DNA of 64,000 bases from a bacterium. Its GTDB lineage: Bacteria > JADJOY01. Below are positions 10,963-21,800 of this stretch, piece by piece; position 1 is the stretch's first letter; each line of letters opens with the position of its first letter. Made by a program: the position numbers and the translations under genes. The notes under the pieces were generated by a model. It did not search any database. It had not been told where the DNA came from and was given only the letters and a program-made list of their open reading frames with translations. The stretch is taken from the NCBI GenBank assembly GCA_046331705.1, contig JAXLQJ010000007.1, positions 62,001 through 126,000 of the forward strand. Reading direction: 5' to 3'.

Positions 10963-11790
10963 TCAGCGCGCGTGGCGCTTCACTTCGATGATCTGGTGGA
11001 ACGAGAAACGGCGCAGGAACGGGAAGATCCTGTCGATCACGCCGTCGATCTTCTCGCATCGATCGACGAGCGGGCCGCCGTTGCCGCGCGTGGCCACGAT
11101 CGCGAAGTGGCTGAAGAACGCGAACGGTCCCGGGTAGAGCTGAACCCCACCGAAGATCTCGCCCATGGTGGCGATCTCGCCGCGCGAGAGTGCGTGCTCG
11201 TAGCGCGTGCCCGCGATCGGGAAATTGGGGATCGCGCGGGTGAGCCGGTTCATGAAGTCGAAGAGCGGGTTCTTGTAGGTCGGCTCCCAGAAGACGCCGA
11301 TCCCACCGGGCTTCAGGATTCGGTACACCTCGCGGCTGGTCACGCCGACGTTCACGTGGTGCAGGATCTTGGTGCCCGCCACCGCGTCGACGCTCTGGTC
11401 CGCGAGCTCGATCTGCTCGGCGCTTCCCACCCGCGCCTCGACGCGATCGGCGACACCGTTGCGCTCGCACAGGCGCTTGGTCACCTCGACCAGCTTGGGG
11501 CTCAGGTCGAGCGCGGTGACGCGCACGCCGCGGCGGGCCAGCAGCACCGACATGATCCCGTAGCCACAGCCGAGGTCGAGGAAGTGCAGGTCCTGCGGAT
11601 TGCCGTGGGCCTGGACGAAGCGCGAGAGGACCTCGACGTACTTCGCCATGTTCGGCGGGATGAGGCTCTCGTCGATGATCTTGGTGGCGATCTCGGCGCC
11701 GTGCCGCTCGCCGATGGCGTCGAAGTACTGCCGCTCGTTCTGGTAACGCGCTTCGACGGAAGGATCGGCTGCGAGGTCGAGATTCGTCAT
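10963..11790 (-). CDS. Class I SAM-dependent methyltransferase (275 aa)
   Basis: FLDLGCGYG, ALDLS, ILHH and LKPGG motifs. Confidence 0.88.
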   Translation of the reverse strand: MTNLDLAADPSVEARYQNERQYFDAIGERHGAEIATKIIDESLIPPNMAKYVEVLSRFVQAHGNPQDLHFLDLGCGYGIMSVLLARRGVRVTALDLSPKLVEVTKRLCERNGVADRVEARVGSAEQIELADQSVDAVAGTKILHHVNVGVTSREVYRILKPGGIGVFWEPTYKNPLFDFMNRLTRAIPNFPIAGTRYEHALSRGEIATMGEIFGGVQLYPGPFAFFSHFAIVATRGNGGPLVDRCEKIDGVIDRIFPFLRRFSFHQIIEVKRHAR

Positions 11791-11913
11791 GATGGGATCG
11801 TCGGCGAAGGGGTGAATCGGCGCGTGCGGCGAGCCGCGACGACGTCGACGGGCGTCAGCATCGAGGGTAACACGCCGCAGCCGCGCCCCCGCCGCCGCTC
11901 GCGCCGCGCGTGC

Positions 11914-12555
11914 TCACTGACCGCGAGCCGCCGGCCGGCCCTTGCCGGCGCGGATGGCGGCGACCAGCTCGTCCATGCTGCGAATCGGCTCCGGGAAGAT
12001 CGTGTAGGCGCTGCCGACCTGGCTGGGGTCGACGGCGCCCGAGCCGCCGATCCCCGGCGCCTTGAGCGTGGCGGCCACCTGCGCCGCGCGCGTGTTCTGC
12101 TCGGGCGTCACGTCGGGCCGCCCCGACAGGACCTCGACGCCGGAGATGCCGCGGAAGGTCGCGAGCTTGTCACCCACGCCGAGTCCCGGGGTCGAGCAGA
12201 ACGGGTGCGCCGGGATCACCAGCGCGCCCTTCAAGTCCATGTAGTCGAGCAGCTGCATCGCCTTGAAGTGCACGCTCGAGTCGAGCGCGTCGTCGTCCAC
12301 GACGCCGTAGAGCAACACGCGCCCTTCCTGACAGGAATAGAGCGCGCCGCGCAGCACCGGGAAATCGAGCTCGCGGCCGATCTCGACGACCGATTCGCAG
12401 CCCTCGAACTTCTGGTACTCGGTGAACACCAGCGCATCCAATCCTGCTTCCTTGGCGGCCAGAATCATGTCGCGCGGATCCGCCGACGAGATTTGCTTGC
12501 TCGGCGTGTTCGAGAGCCGCGAGAGCACGTGCAGGTCGATTCGGAACTCGCTCAT
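11914..12555 (-). CDS. PHP-domain protein with degenerate metal ligands (213 aa)
   Basis: RIDLHVLS, GLDALVFTEY, PAHPF and GGSGAV align to the PHP motifs DLHxH, TDH, AHP and GGSDAH. GAGGTG RBS. Confidence 0.75.
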   Translation of the reverse strand: MSEFRIDLHVLSRLSNTPSKQISSADPRDMILAAKEAGLDALVFTEYQKFEGCESVVEIGRELDFPVLRGALYSCQEGRVLLYGVVDDDALDSSVHFKAMQLLDYMDLKGALVIPAHPFCSTPGLGVGDKLATFRGISGVEVLSGRPDVTPEQNTRAAQVAATLKAPGIGGSGAVDPSQVGSAYTIFPEPIRSMDELVAAIRAGKGRPAARGQ

Positions 12556-12713
12556 GTCACCTCGTGTGGCGTGCGTCGACGAGGATCGCCGCGCCGCCCG
12601 TGAGCCCCGCCAGGCACGGCGGAGCACGCTTCAACTAGCTTCACCGGCGCGGGAATGCAACCGCCGGCGCCGCTGCGCCACCGCGGCGCGCGGGCCAGGG
12701 TCCGCGCGCCGAA

Positions 12714-14885
12714 TCAATCGAGGGTGGCCTCCGCCCGGGCGAGATCGGTCACCGGAAACGTGGTGCCGTCCGCGAACACCCAATCGGCGATGTGCTGATT
12801 CACGCGCCGGAATCGCCAGCGCGCGCTGACCCGAAGCGGGCGCCGCTCGCTGCCCGCGAGCGGCACCTCGAAGACCTCGTCGTGGCTCGACCCCGGGGCG
12901 AGGAAGCGGCGGTTCCGCGAGCCGGCGAAGCGCCAGATCTGGTGCTGATCGAGCACGGTGCCGTCGCGATCCACGAACTCGGTGGCGAGCCGGCGCGCGT
13001 CGGGGGCGAGCCGATGATCGGCGTCGAGCGCGCCACTCTCGTACACCAGCGCGCCATCCGCGGCGACCACTCTCAGCTCGAGCCAGACGTCGACCTGGTC
13101 GGCGAGATCCACGGGGAAATCGTGACCGATCGCGTCGTTGGTGGTGGTCACCCGCGCCCGCAGCCGCGCCGCCGGCGACCCATCCGCGCCGGGCACCTCG
13201 TACGGCTCGAGCGCGAGCGTGGTCGGCAGATGCGTCCCGTCCCACAGCACGCGCGCGGCGCGGGGAGTCTCGCGGCGGACGTCCTCCGTGTCGTGCGCGT
13301 TCGGCATGTCGCCGCGCAGGAAGCGATCGTTGATCTCGTCGAGACGCCGGGCTTGCTCGCGGTACTGCGCCGGCACCATCAGCGACAGCGCTTGGTTCGA
13401 GCCGGGAAAGCGGTGATCCCATTGGCGGTACTCGGTGCGATCGCGATCCACGTTGGTCATGTGGCATTCGCGGCAGCGGACCTCGGCGCGATGCGCCCAG
13501 CGCTCGTAGGACGAGAAGAGCGGCGTCAGCTCGAGCTCGGCGGCGCCGTTGTAGGCCGCGGGGATGCGAATGTCGTGGCACGGCCGACACGCGGCGGGCT
13601 CGCGGTAGAGCGGGCGCCGCACCGAGCGGATGTGGAGCCGCGAGTCCAGCGATGCCTGGTAGCGCTGGAAGCCGCTCACGCTGGTGGCGTTCGGCACCGC
13701 TCCAGGGAAGCCCAGCCCCCGGATCATCACCAGCCCGAACGCTCCGTTGCCCGCGGGATGCTCCTCGGCGTCGAGGTAATGGCAGACCTTGCACGACACG
13801 CCCTCGCTGCGGGCGAGCGTCTCCGGAGCGAGGCGCCGCTCGGGCGGGACCGTGAGCGCCACCACCGGATCGTGGCAATTGTCGCAGTAGCGGACCCCGG
13901 CCGCGCCGAGATCGCGCTCGACCTCCGGCAAGAGCGCCAGGTAGAGGCGATTCAGGCCCGCGAAGCGATGACTCGAGATCTCCCAGCGCGCGGCGGCCTC
14001 GTCGTGGCACGCGCGGCACGGCGCCGTCCCCTCGAGCACGGCCGCCACCTCCGGTGCGATCGGCGGCGGCACCACCGCCGACGGACCGAGCGTCGCCACC
14101 CGCATGCGCTCGTCGCCGCGTAGCTCTTCCAGCGGCTTCAGGTTCTTCTCGAGCGAGATCGCGAGCAACGCGGCGCTCGCGAGCACCAACATCCCGAGAC
14201 CGCCCTTCGTCGCCCCGCTCATCCGCCGGCCGAAGCGCCGACCGCGCGTCGCCCAGTGAAACGGCACCAGCGGCGCGAGCGCGAAGGTGGCGGGACCGTG
14301 CAGCCAGTACTTGTCGTTGGCGAACTTGAAATCGGCGAGGATCAGCGCGAATCCCGTGTGCATCATCAGCCACGACGCGACCAGCGCCGCCACCCCGCTC
14401 CACACCGTGAGCGAGCGATGCGCCGGATCGGAAGGCTGAAAGAGCCGTAGCGGTGGCAGCCGCCACGCCAGGATGCGGCGCCCGGGACGGAGCCAAGCGT
14501 AGATCGCCAGCTCGACCACGCCGATCCGCCAGAAGAGCGGGTTGTGCCACGGCGAAACCGCCGGCGGACCGATGCCGCCCCCGAACGTGATCAAGATCAG
14601 GAACACCATCAGCACGGTGGTGCGGTAGCGACCGAGGATCTCCGCCAAGTGGCGGATCACCACGTAGTAGTAGATCGGGAGCAGCGCCATCCCGAGCACC
14701 AGGTGCACCATCACGAACCGGAAATAGCGACGGTCGAACGCGGCATCGAGCAGCAACGGCAAGCCCGTCGCGCCGACGAGCGCGAGACCGGCGAAGAGCG
14801 AGAGGACGATGCGGCGCGAGCGCACGTGGCGGGCGGAGCGAGACGTTCCAGCGGCGGGGGCGCGACCATCGTAGAGCGCGCGCAT
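12714..14885 (-). CDS. Membrane-anchored pentaheme c-type cytochrome (c554-like) with C-terminal beta domain
   Basis: Heme motifs CRACH, CDNCH, CKVCH, CRPCH, CRECH. N-terminal TM helices with His residues. C-terminal GHDFP..WLE motif. Start uncertain (14885 or 15020). Confidence 0.8.
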   Translation of the reverse strand: MRALYDGRAPAAGTSRSARHVRSRRIVLSLFAGLALVGATGLPLLLDAAFDRRYFRFVMVHLVLGMALLPIYYYVVIRHLAEILGRYRTTVLMVFLILITFGGGIGPPAVSPWHNPLFWRIGVVELAIYAWLRPGRRILAWRLPPLRLFQPSDPAHRSLTVWSGVAALVASWLMMHTGFALILADFKFANDKYWLHGPATFALAPLVPFHWATRGRRFGRRMSGATKGGLGMLVLASAALLAISLEKNLKPLEELRGDERMRVATLGPSAVVPPPIAPEVAAVLEGTAPCRACHDEAAARWEISSHRFAGLNRLYLALLPEVERDLGAAGVRYCDNCHDPVVALTVPPERRLAPETLARSEGVSCKVCHYLDAEEHPAGNGAFGLVMIRGLGFPGAVPNATSVSGFQRYQASLDSRLHIRSVRRPLYREPAACRPCHDIRIPAAYNGAAELELTPLFSSYERWAHRAEVRCRECHMTNVDRDRTEYRQWDHRFPGSNQALSLMVPAQYREQARRLDEINDRFLRGDMPNAHDTEDVRRETPRAARVLWDGTHLPTTLALEPYEVPGADGSPAARLRARVTTTNDAIGHDFPVDLADQVDVWLELRVVAADGALVYESGALDADHRLAPDARRLATEFVDRDGTVLDQHQIWRFAGSRNRRFLAPGSSHDEVFEVPLAGSERRPLRVSARWRFRRVNQHIADWVFADGTTFPVTDLARAEATLD

Positions 14886-15136
14886 GCCGGCCGCCACCCG
14901 CAAGGGCTGGCGCCGTCGAGCTCGTCGCGGCCTCGCGTTGGCGGATCGCGGCGGAGCGAGCAGAATTCGCGCACCCCGGCTCCCCGCCGCCCAGGGCTCG
15001 CTCTGCATCCGGATCCTCATCGACCGATCCCGCGTCGACCGCGGCACCGCCGCGTGTCCCGATCCGCGCGACCGGGCTGGCCGCGTTCGCGGCCGCTCCC
15101 GCGCATCGCGCACCCGCGCCAGGACCGCGACGGCGC

Positions 15137-16669
15137 ATGAGTCGCGAAGCCGAGACCGTCGCACCACGAGCGCGCGCCGCCCGAGTCCGCGCGGCGGGCG
15201 TCTGGCTCGCGCGGGTGCTCCGCACCCACCTCGAAGGTCTCGGCCTTCTCGACGCCGTCTACTTCGTCACGCTGTTCACGTTCGGCTCGTACTTCCTGAT
15301 CGACACCCCCGCCAACTTCCTGCTGTTCGCCCTCTACTTCTGGCTGGTGGTGTCGCCGCGCCCTGGCCGGCGCAAGTTCGCGCTCTTCGTGATGCTCACG
15401 AGCGTGATGCTGCTGGCCGCGAGCGGGATGCTGATCTGGGTCGCGCCCCGGGTCACGCCGCCTGGCGTGTACCTCCGCATCGTGCACCAGACCACCGCCC
15501 GCTACGCGCTCCTGATCGGCATGCCGTACCTCATCCGGCACCTGCGAACGCCACTCGCCCCTCACCCGACGCCCTACCGCTGGGCCACCCGCGCGGGCTG
15601 GCTCTTCTTCAAGGTCTCGATCTGGGTTGCGGCGATCCCCGCGCTGCTCACGATCCGTGGACGGCTGACCTCGATCCACACGGCGACCTTGGGCGTTGCG
15701 CTGCCGCTGCTCGCGTACCACGTCTTCGCTTCCGTGCGACGACGGCGCGCCGCCGAGGAGCACCCGCCGCCCGTCGAACCGTTCGCGGTCTCGGAGATGC
15801 TCTCGGGTCCGCTCGTCTGCGGTGCGCTGGCGGTGACGTGCGTGCCGCTCGCGTTCGCCTGTCTCTTCCGGGTGCCGTCGAGTTGGGCCAACTACGACGT
15901 GCCGGACTTCATGGTCCGCTCCAGCACGGCCAACTTCCGGCCGAGCCCCGCGCACACCACACGCGGCGCGGCGTTTCGGCCCGAGCTGCTGGGCGAGTCG
16001 AACGGCTGCGGCCAGGCACCGTGCCATCCCGAGGCGTTCGCCGACTGGCGCCGCTCCGCCCATCACGAGAGCAGCAACGAGCGCTACCAAGCCGAGCTGG
16101 AGCGCGTGGTGCGCTCGGCGGGGCTACCGGCGGCACGGCTCTGCGCCGGCTGTCACGACCCGATCGCGCTCTTCTCCGGCTCGATCGAGCCGGGCGCGCC
16201 GCTCGTCGCCCCCGAGTCGATCCGCGAGGGGATCTCCTGCCTGGTGTGCCATGGGCTCGCACCGGCCGCACGCGTGCCGGGCAACGGCTCCAACGCGTTT
16301 CGGTTCCCCGCGAGCTATTTCGTCGGCCCGGTCAGCTTGCCGACGCTGGTGGGTGGATGGCGCGAGCATCGCGCCGACCTCCACGGTCCGGGCGTCGCCG
16401 ACGATCGGGTGTGTGTCGGCTGCCATCGCTTCCTCGCCGTGCCCCGTGAGCTCGCGGACCTCGACGCGTTGGGCGGCTGGCTCACGTGGCCGGAGCACGC
16501 CCAGGCTCGCATGCGCAGCGAGTGCCGCGGCGAAGCCGGATGCGTGGCGTGCCACATGCCGCGGATCGGCGAGCGCGAGAAGCCCTGGGGAGGTGCCTTA
16601 CCGATCCACCATTTCGATCTCGACGCGATGGCCGGCGGCGCGCACTCGCGTGCGCAGTATCGGAGCTGA
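15137..16669 (+). CDS. Membrane-anchored pentaheme c-type cytochrome (paralog 2, short)
   Basis: CGQAPCH (CX4CH), CAGCH, CLVCH, CVGCH, CVACH. Multiple N-terminal TM helices. Confidence 0.82.
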   Translation: MSREAETVAPRARAARVRAAGVWLARVLRTHLEGLGLLDAVYFVTLFTFGSYFLIDTPANFLLFALYFWLVVSPRPGRRKFALFVMLTSVMLLAASGMLIWVAPRVTPPGVYLRIVHQTTARYALLIGMPYLIRHLRTPLAPHPTPYRWATRAGWLFFKVSIWVAAIPALLTIRGRLTSIHTATLGVALPLLAYHVFASVRRRRAAEEHPPPVEPFAVSEMLSGPLVCGALAVTCVPLAFACLFRVPSSWANYDVPDFMVRSSTANFRPSPAHTTRGAAFRPELLGESNGCGQAPCHPEAFADWRRSAHHESSNERYQAELERVVRSAGLPAARLCAGCHDPIALFSGSIEPGAPLVAPESIREGISCLVCHGLAPAARVPGNGSNAFRFPASYFVGPVSLPTLVGGWREHRADLHGPGVADDRVCVGCHRFLAVPRELADLDALGGWLTWPEHAQARMRSECRGEAGCVACHMPRIGEREKPWGGALPIHHFDLDAMAGGAHSRAQYRS

Positions 16670-16726
16670 GGCCATGGCGCTCGCTCCGCCGCGGCCGTTC
16701 CGCGACCTCGCCCGCCGTCGTTCGCC

Positions 16727-18853
16727 ATGACCCCGCCTGCCTCGAACCAGCGCCAGCGCGTGACGCGCTACGCGTTGCTCTTCACGCTGGTCTTGGCGTC
16801 CGGCTTCCATCACCTCTTTGGCCGCGCGGGCTCGCCGTTCTTCCGCCTCGATCTCGTGGTCCACCCGCTGCTCGGGCTGCTGGCCACGGGCACCATCATC
16901 GTCACGCTCTTCCACCGCGTCCGCGAGGAAGTGCCGGCGTTCGGCTGGATTCACCTCGCGGGCTTCGTGCTCATGGCGTTCGTGGCGTTGGTGCGCTCCT
17001 TCACCATGGCCCACCTGCCGGAGCAACGCAGCAACATGCTCACGGCGGTGCTGAGCCCGTTGCTGGTGGTCTGCACGGCGCATTTCTTCCTGCGCACGGT
17101 GCCGTTGATGGCGGCGTTCTCCCGCGCGCGGCGCGGTTGGGCGCATCTCACGCTCCTCTCGCTCTGGCTGCTCGCCACCTTGGTCGGCGTGCTGATCGCG
17201 AGCAACGCGTTCACCGGCCGCGTTCCGTCGTGGATCCGCGCGTTTCACGCGGCACTCGGTTACGCGGCGGCGGGGGCCGGGGCGTGGGTCCTGCTCAGGC
17301 CCGCGTGGCGACGGCTGCGCGAGTCCGGGCTCGGCCTCGGCGTGACCAGCGGGCTGGTGATCTTCGCCCTCGCCGCCGCGATCACGAACGCCCTCGGCGC
17401 GCGCGTCGAGCAGCTTCCCAAGCTCGCGCCGGTCACGCTTCACCTCTCGGTCGTTCCCAACCGCTTGCGCGCCGCCGACGATCGCGACGACCTCCCCTTC
17501 CCGGTCGACGCCAGCTGGCTCGAGATCAGCGAGAGCTGCCTCGGCGCTGGCTGCCACGCCGACCTCGAGGACGGCTTTCGCCACTCGAGCCACAACGTCT
17601 CGTACCGCACCCCGCACATGCACGCGATCCTCGACCTGCTGGCAGCCGAGGAGGGCGTCGCCGAGCAAGCGATCTGCGCCGGCTGCCACATTCCCGGCTC
17701 GCTGTTTCGCGGGGGACCACCGCCCGCGGCCTACCGAACGCGCACCAACCTGCCGTGCGTCTTCTGCCATTCGATCACCAGCACGACGATCGAGGACCAC
17801 GATCGCTCGCGTCTGACCCTCGGCCTCGACGCCACCGCGCTGGCGCCGTTTCGGGCGGCGGAGACGGCCGGTCGCCCGCTCACCGCCGCCGACCGCACCG
17901 CGATTCAGCTCAACACCCGTGCCCACGGACGCGTCTTCGCGCGTCCACTGCTCGCCGAAGACGCGTTCTGCTTGGCTTGTCACCACAATCCACTGGTTCC
18001 CGCCGATGCGCGATCACCGGTGATCGAGGCGGCACCCGCGCCCGAGAAGACCTCGTCGCTGCCCGGGTTCACGGCGCCTCCCGAGCGCGAGCGCGAGCTT
18101 CGCTGCGTGGATTGCCACCTGCCCCCGTCGCGCGTCCTCGACCCCGGCGGCACGCCGCGCAACCACCTCTTCCCCGGCGCGAACACCACCGTGCTGCGGC
18201 TCCTCGGCTTCGAGGAGGACGCCGCGTTCACCGAGCGCTGGATGCAGAGCCGATTCCTGGCGCGGACACTCGAAGATCTCTACGGACGGCGCGACGTCGT
18301 GCGGCGCGGCGGCGACGAGCGCAAGGCCGCGTTCTTCTACGCCGAGATGCGGGCGTCCTTCGTGGCGCAGCCGAGCGCTGGCAGCGATGCCGTGCTCCGC
18401 ATCGAGACCCGGAACCTCGGCATGGGGCACCCGTTCCCCGCGTCCTCGCTGGGTCTCGGTGAAGCCTGGCTGGAGGTCCGCGTGACCGACGCGAGCGGGC
18501 GCGAGGTGTTCGCAAGCGGCGGGCTCGACGAATCCCAACGCGTGCTCGCCGGCAGCCATACCCTCGGCGGGCGCCTCCTCGATCGGGACGGCACGACCAT
18601 CGATCGCTACCGCGTGTGGGCGGCAGCGCACGAGATCGTCGACCGCCAGATCCCACACCGCGGCTCCGTCACCGACGAGTTCGCCTTCGCCGTCCCCGAG
18701 GGCGCCCAACGCCACCTCAACATCGCGGCGGTCTGGCACTACCGAAAGCTCGGTCAGCCGTTCTGGGACTGGGCCTATCCGAACCAGCGACCCATCCCCA
18801 GCTCGGAGGTCGTCCGCACGTTCACCCAGTTCCCGCTGGCACCGCCGCGCTGA
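16727..18853 (+). CDS. Membrane-anchored pentaheme c-type cytochrome (paralog 3) with C-terminal beta domain
   Basis: CLGAGCH (CX4CH), CAGCH, CVFCH, CLACH, CVDCH. NHLFPG and GHPFP..AWLEVRV motifs. Confidence 0.82.
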   Translation: MTPPASNQRQRVTRYALLFTLVLASGFHHLFGRAGSPFFRLDLVVHPLLGLLATGTIIVTLFHRVREEVPAFGWIHLAGFVLMAFVALVRSFTMAHLPEQRSNMLTAVLSPLLVVCTAHFFLRTVPLMAAFSRARRGWAHLTLLSLWLLATLVGVLIASNAFTGRVPSWIRAFHAALGYAAAGAGAWVLLRPAWRRLRESGLGLGVTSGLVIFALAAAITNALGARVEQLPKLAPVTLHLSVVPNRLRAADDRDDLPFPVDASWLEISESCLGAGCHADLEDGFRHSSHNVSYRTPHMHAILDLLAAEEGVAEQAICAGCHIPGSLFRGGPPPAAYRTRTNLPCVFCHSITSTTIEDHDRSRLTLGLDATALAPFRAAETAGRPLTAADRTAIQLNTRAHGRVFARPLLAEDAFCLACHHNPLVPADARSPVIEAAPAPEKTSSLPGFTAPPERERELRCVDCHLPPSRVLDPGGTPRNHLFPGANTTVLRLLGFEEDAAFTERWMQSRFLARTLEDLYGRRDVVRRGGDERKAAFFYAEMRASFVAQPSAGSDAVLRIETRNLGMGHPFPASSLGLGEAWLEVRVTDASGREVFASGGLDESQRVLAGSHTLGGRLLDRDGTTIDRYRVWAAAHEIVDRQIPHRGSVTDEFAFAVPEGAQRHLNIAAVWHYRKLGQPFWDWAYPNQRPIPSSEVVRTFTQFPLAPPR

Positions 18854-18865
18854 GCCGCGCACCGT

Positions 18866-18885
18866 CGCCCCGATCGATCGGGGCG
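18866..18885. terminator. Perfect 20-bp palindrome between convergent genes (likely bidirectional terminator hairpin)
   Basis: CGCCCCGATC|GATCGGGGCG lies between the stops at 18853 and 18888. No U-tract. Confidence 0.55.
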
Positions 18886-18887
18886 GA

Positions 18888-21800
18888 TCACACGTGGATG
18901 TCGACGGCGGTGGGGACGAACGAGAGCCGAACTCGGGTCTCGGAAGGCGCGAGCAGCAGCGGACGACCCTCCACGAGCACCCGCCGCAGCGGGCGATCGA
19001 GCGGCGAGACCAGCTCGATTCCGCCGGGCGGGGTGCGCAATCCGGGCTCGAACGCGAAGCGCACCACTTCCCCGTCCCCGTTCGGTGAGGCCGTGGCCGT
19101 GATCGTCACGGTCAGCGCTCCGTAGTGGGTCGGCAGCGCGCGCACCTGCACGCCGGCGGGGTCGCGGGCCCATTCCGCCGGAATTCCCGCGCCCAGCACC
19201 AGTGCGGCGTCGCGCTCGCGCTCGTACGCGATCAAGCGCCGGACGGTGCGCAGAAAGCTCGACGCGACCCACCCGTGGGGAAGGTCGCCCAGGAACCGTG
19301 CTGCGCGCTGCTCGCGCCACGCGACCTCCGGCCATTGGCACCAGGCTGGTGGGCGCTGATCGCCGAGCAGCCAGTCGAGCTGTGCCAAGGCACGATCCTT
19401 CCAGCCGAGCCGAAGCAGCGCCGTGGCGTTGCGGATCTCGTACGGCGTGTAACCATCGTTGGGCGCGCGGCCCGCACGTCGCGCCTCGAGCTCGGCCCAG
19501 TAGCGCTCGAAGGTGTGGACGAGCGCCGCCCGGGGGAACCGCTCCGCTTCCTCGCACGGATCGAACGCGATCGACGTGGAGGTGGGATCGAAATCGGCCA
19601 GCTCGACCGAGCCGGGAATGAAGTCGATCCCGGCTCGGTCGATCGTGGCCGCCACGGCGGCGTGCAAGTCGCGCCGCAAAGAGTCGCGAAGGGAGCCGAT
19701 GCGCTCGGCCTCGCCGCGCTCTCCGAGCACCTCCGCCGCGTACGCGGCATCGGTGAGGCCGCGAACCGCGAAGAGGTCGTCCCAGAACGAATGCACGGGT
19801 TGCGAGGAGTAGCCCTCGTGGCTGATCGACTGCGGCAACAGCCCGAAGCAACCGCGCGCGCGAGCCGACTCGTCGAGTCGGGTCGCGCGCAGCGCCGCGA
19901 TCGCATCCACGGCCCGCCGGACACGCGGCCAGAGCTCGCGCAGGAATCCCGCGTCGCCGGAGAGGCGATAGACCTCCACCACACCCCACGCGAGCTGACC
20001 GTGGGAATCGTGCTCGGCCACGGGGTCGATGCCCGCATGATCCACGGCGCAAGGCACGCGGCCATCGGCGTGCTGAAACGGCGCATACCAGCGCAGAAAC
20101 GCGCGCGCTTCGTCGACGAAGCCCAGCTCCGCCAGCGCCGTGCCGGTGAGCGTGCCGTCGCGAATCCACGAGCGCCGGTAGCAGCGCGGCCCCGGTTGGA
20201 TGCGTGGGCCGTCGCGATTGAGCAAGATCCAGCCCAGCGACGCACGCAGGCTGTCGCGAAAGCGCGCTGCGGCGGGCGGCAGCGCGATGGGGAGCGCGGC
20301 GAGTCGCGCGCGAAACGCGTCCCGCGCTGCGGCGAAGCGTTCGTCCGCCCATCCAGGCGCCTGGATCGCGCTCGCGACCCGACCGGTCGAGCGCGGCACG
20401 GCGATCGCGACGGTCTCGGTGGCGCCAGGCGCGACCCGGAGGTCGTACGCGAGCGCGCCTTCGGCGAAGCCGAGGGGATCGTCGATCTCGGTCTCCTTCG
20501 GAAAGCCGCCGGCGAAGATCGTCTCGAGCCCATCGTCGGTGGCGGCGGCGCCGAAACGGCTGGGTGGCGTCACCAGCACCAGCTCGTGGTCATCGACGAC
20601 GATCCGATCGCCACGCCGCGCGAGGCGATGGATCGGCGCCACCGCCGGCAGCACGTTGAGGCTCTGCCACGCGGGCGTCACCTGATAGGGGCGGATCGCG
20701 ATCACCAGCCGAATCGATCGCTCGCGGGCAGCGCGATGGCTGACCCGATAGCGAGCGACGAGCACGCGTTGGTCGCTCGGACCGGTGGCGCACGCGCTCG
20801 CCTCGAGCACGAGATCGCCGGCGCTCCACGTCACCGTGGGCATCGGCAGCGAGCCGTCGACGAGCGCTGGAGTCGCCGTCACGTCCGCCCAGCTCAGCAC
20901 GGTGCCGTCGCAGACCAGGAAGGGTTCCAGCGTGAACCCCTCGGCGGCGACCTCGAGCGCACCATCCTCGCTCAGCAGCGCCTTCTCCGCATCCGCATCG
21001 CCACCTGCGATCGCCCAGTACGCCTGCTCGCCGAGCAAGTGGCGCGGATAGCGTCCGCGCTGCGCGGCCTCGGCGCGGATCGACGCCCAGGCGGCAGGTG
21101 AGAGCACGCGCTCGATGGGCACGATCGCCACACGACGCACCGCGAGCGCCGCGCCCGCGACCCGCCCGAGCTCGAGGCGCAGCCGACGCGCCTCGCCTTC
21201 CCCTCGCGCCAGCCACCGACTCGGCTGAGGGCCGCCCTCGTCCTCGCCGACCACGCTCCATTCGTCTCCGGCCGCGGCGTCGGAGGCGAGCACGCGACTG
21301 GGCGGAAACGGGCCTCTGCCGTCCAACTCGACGAGCACACCGCCCCATTCGCGCAACGCGCCGAGGTCGAGCTCGAGCGCCGGCGCCGGATCGCTGGGCG
21401 CGGGACACCAGGGCTCGGCGCGTGCAGCGTGAGCGATCGAGCTCGCCCCGTGCGGGTTCGCAGCGCTCGACGCCCGCGCCGCCACCACCCGCGGCGGGCC
21501 TTTCACGTCCTCGCGGGCGGCGATCTCGAGCTTCTCGATCCAGAGCGTCCCGGCCCCGCCCCGCCCCGCGGCGAGCGCGATCTCGATGGCGCCGATCTCG
21601 CGCGGCGGCGCGCCGCTCGCCGGCCCCCACGCGAAGCCGAGCGCCGAGCGCCGCAGCACGATCGTCGTGGTCTCGGCGCAGGGGCCGATCGCCTGACGCC
21701 ACCACCACACGTTGGCGTTGGTCGGATCGACGAGCTTGAGCTGGAACTGATTGGGAGCGAGCGCTGCGCGTACGGTGAGGCGCGCGACGTAATGGGACGG

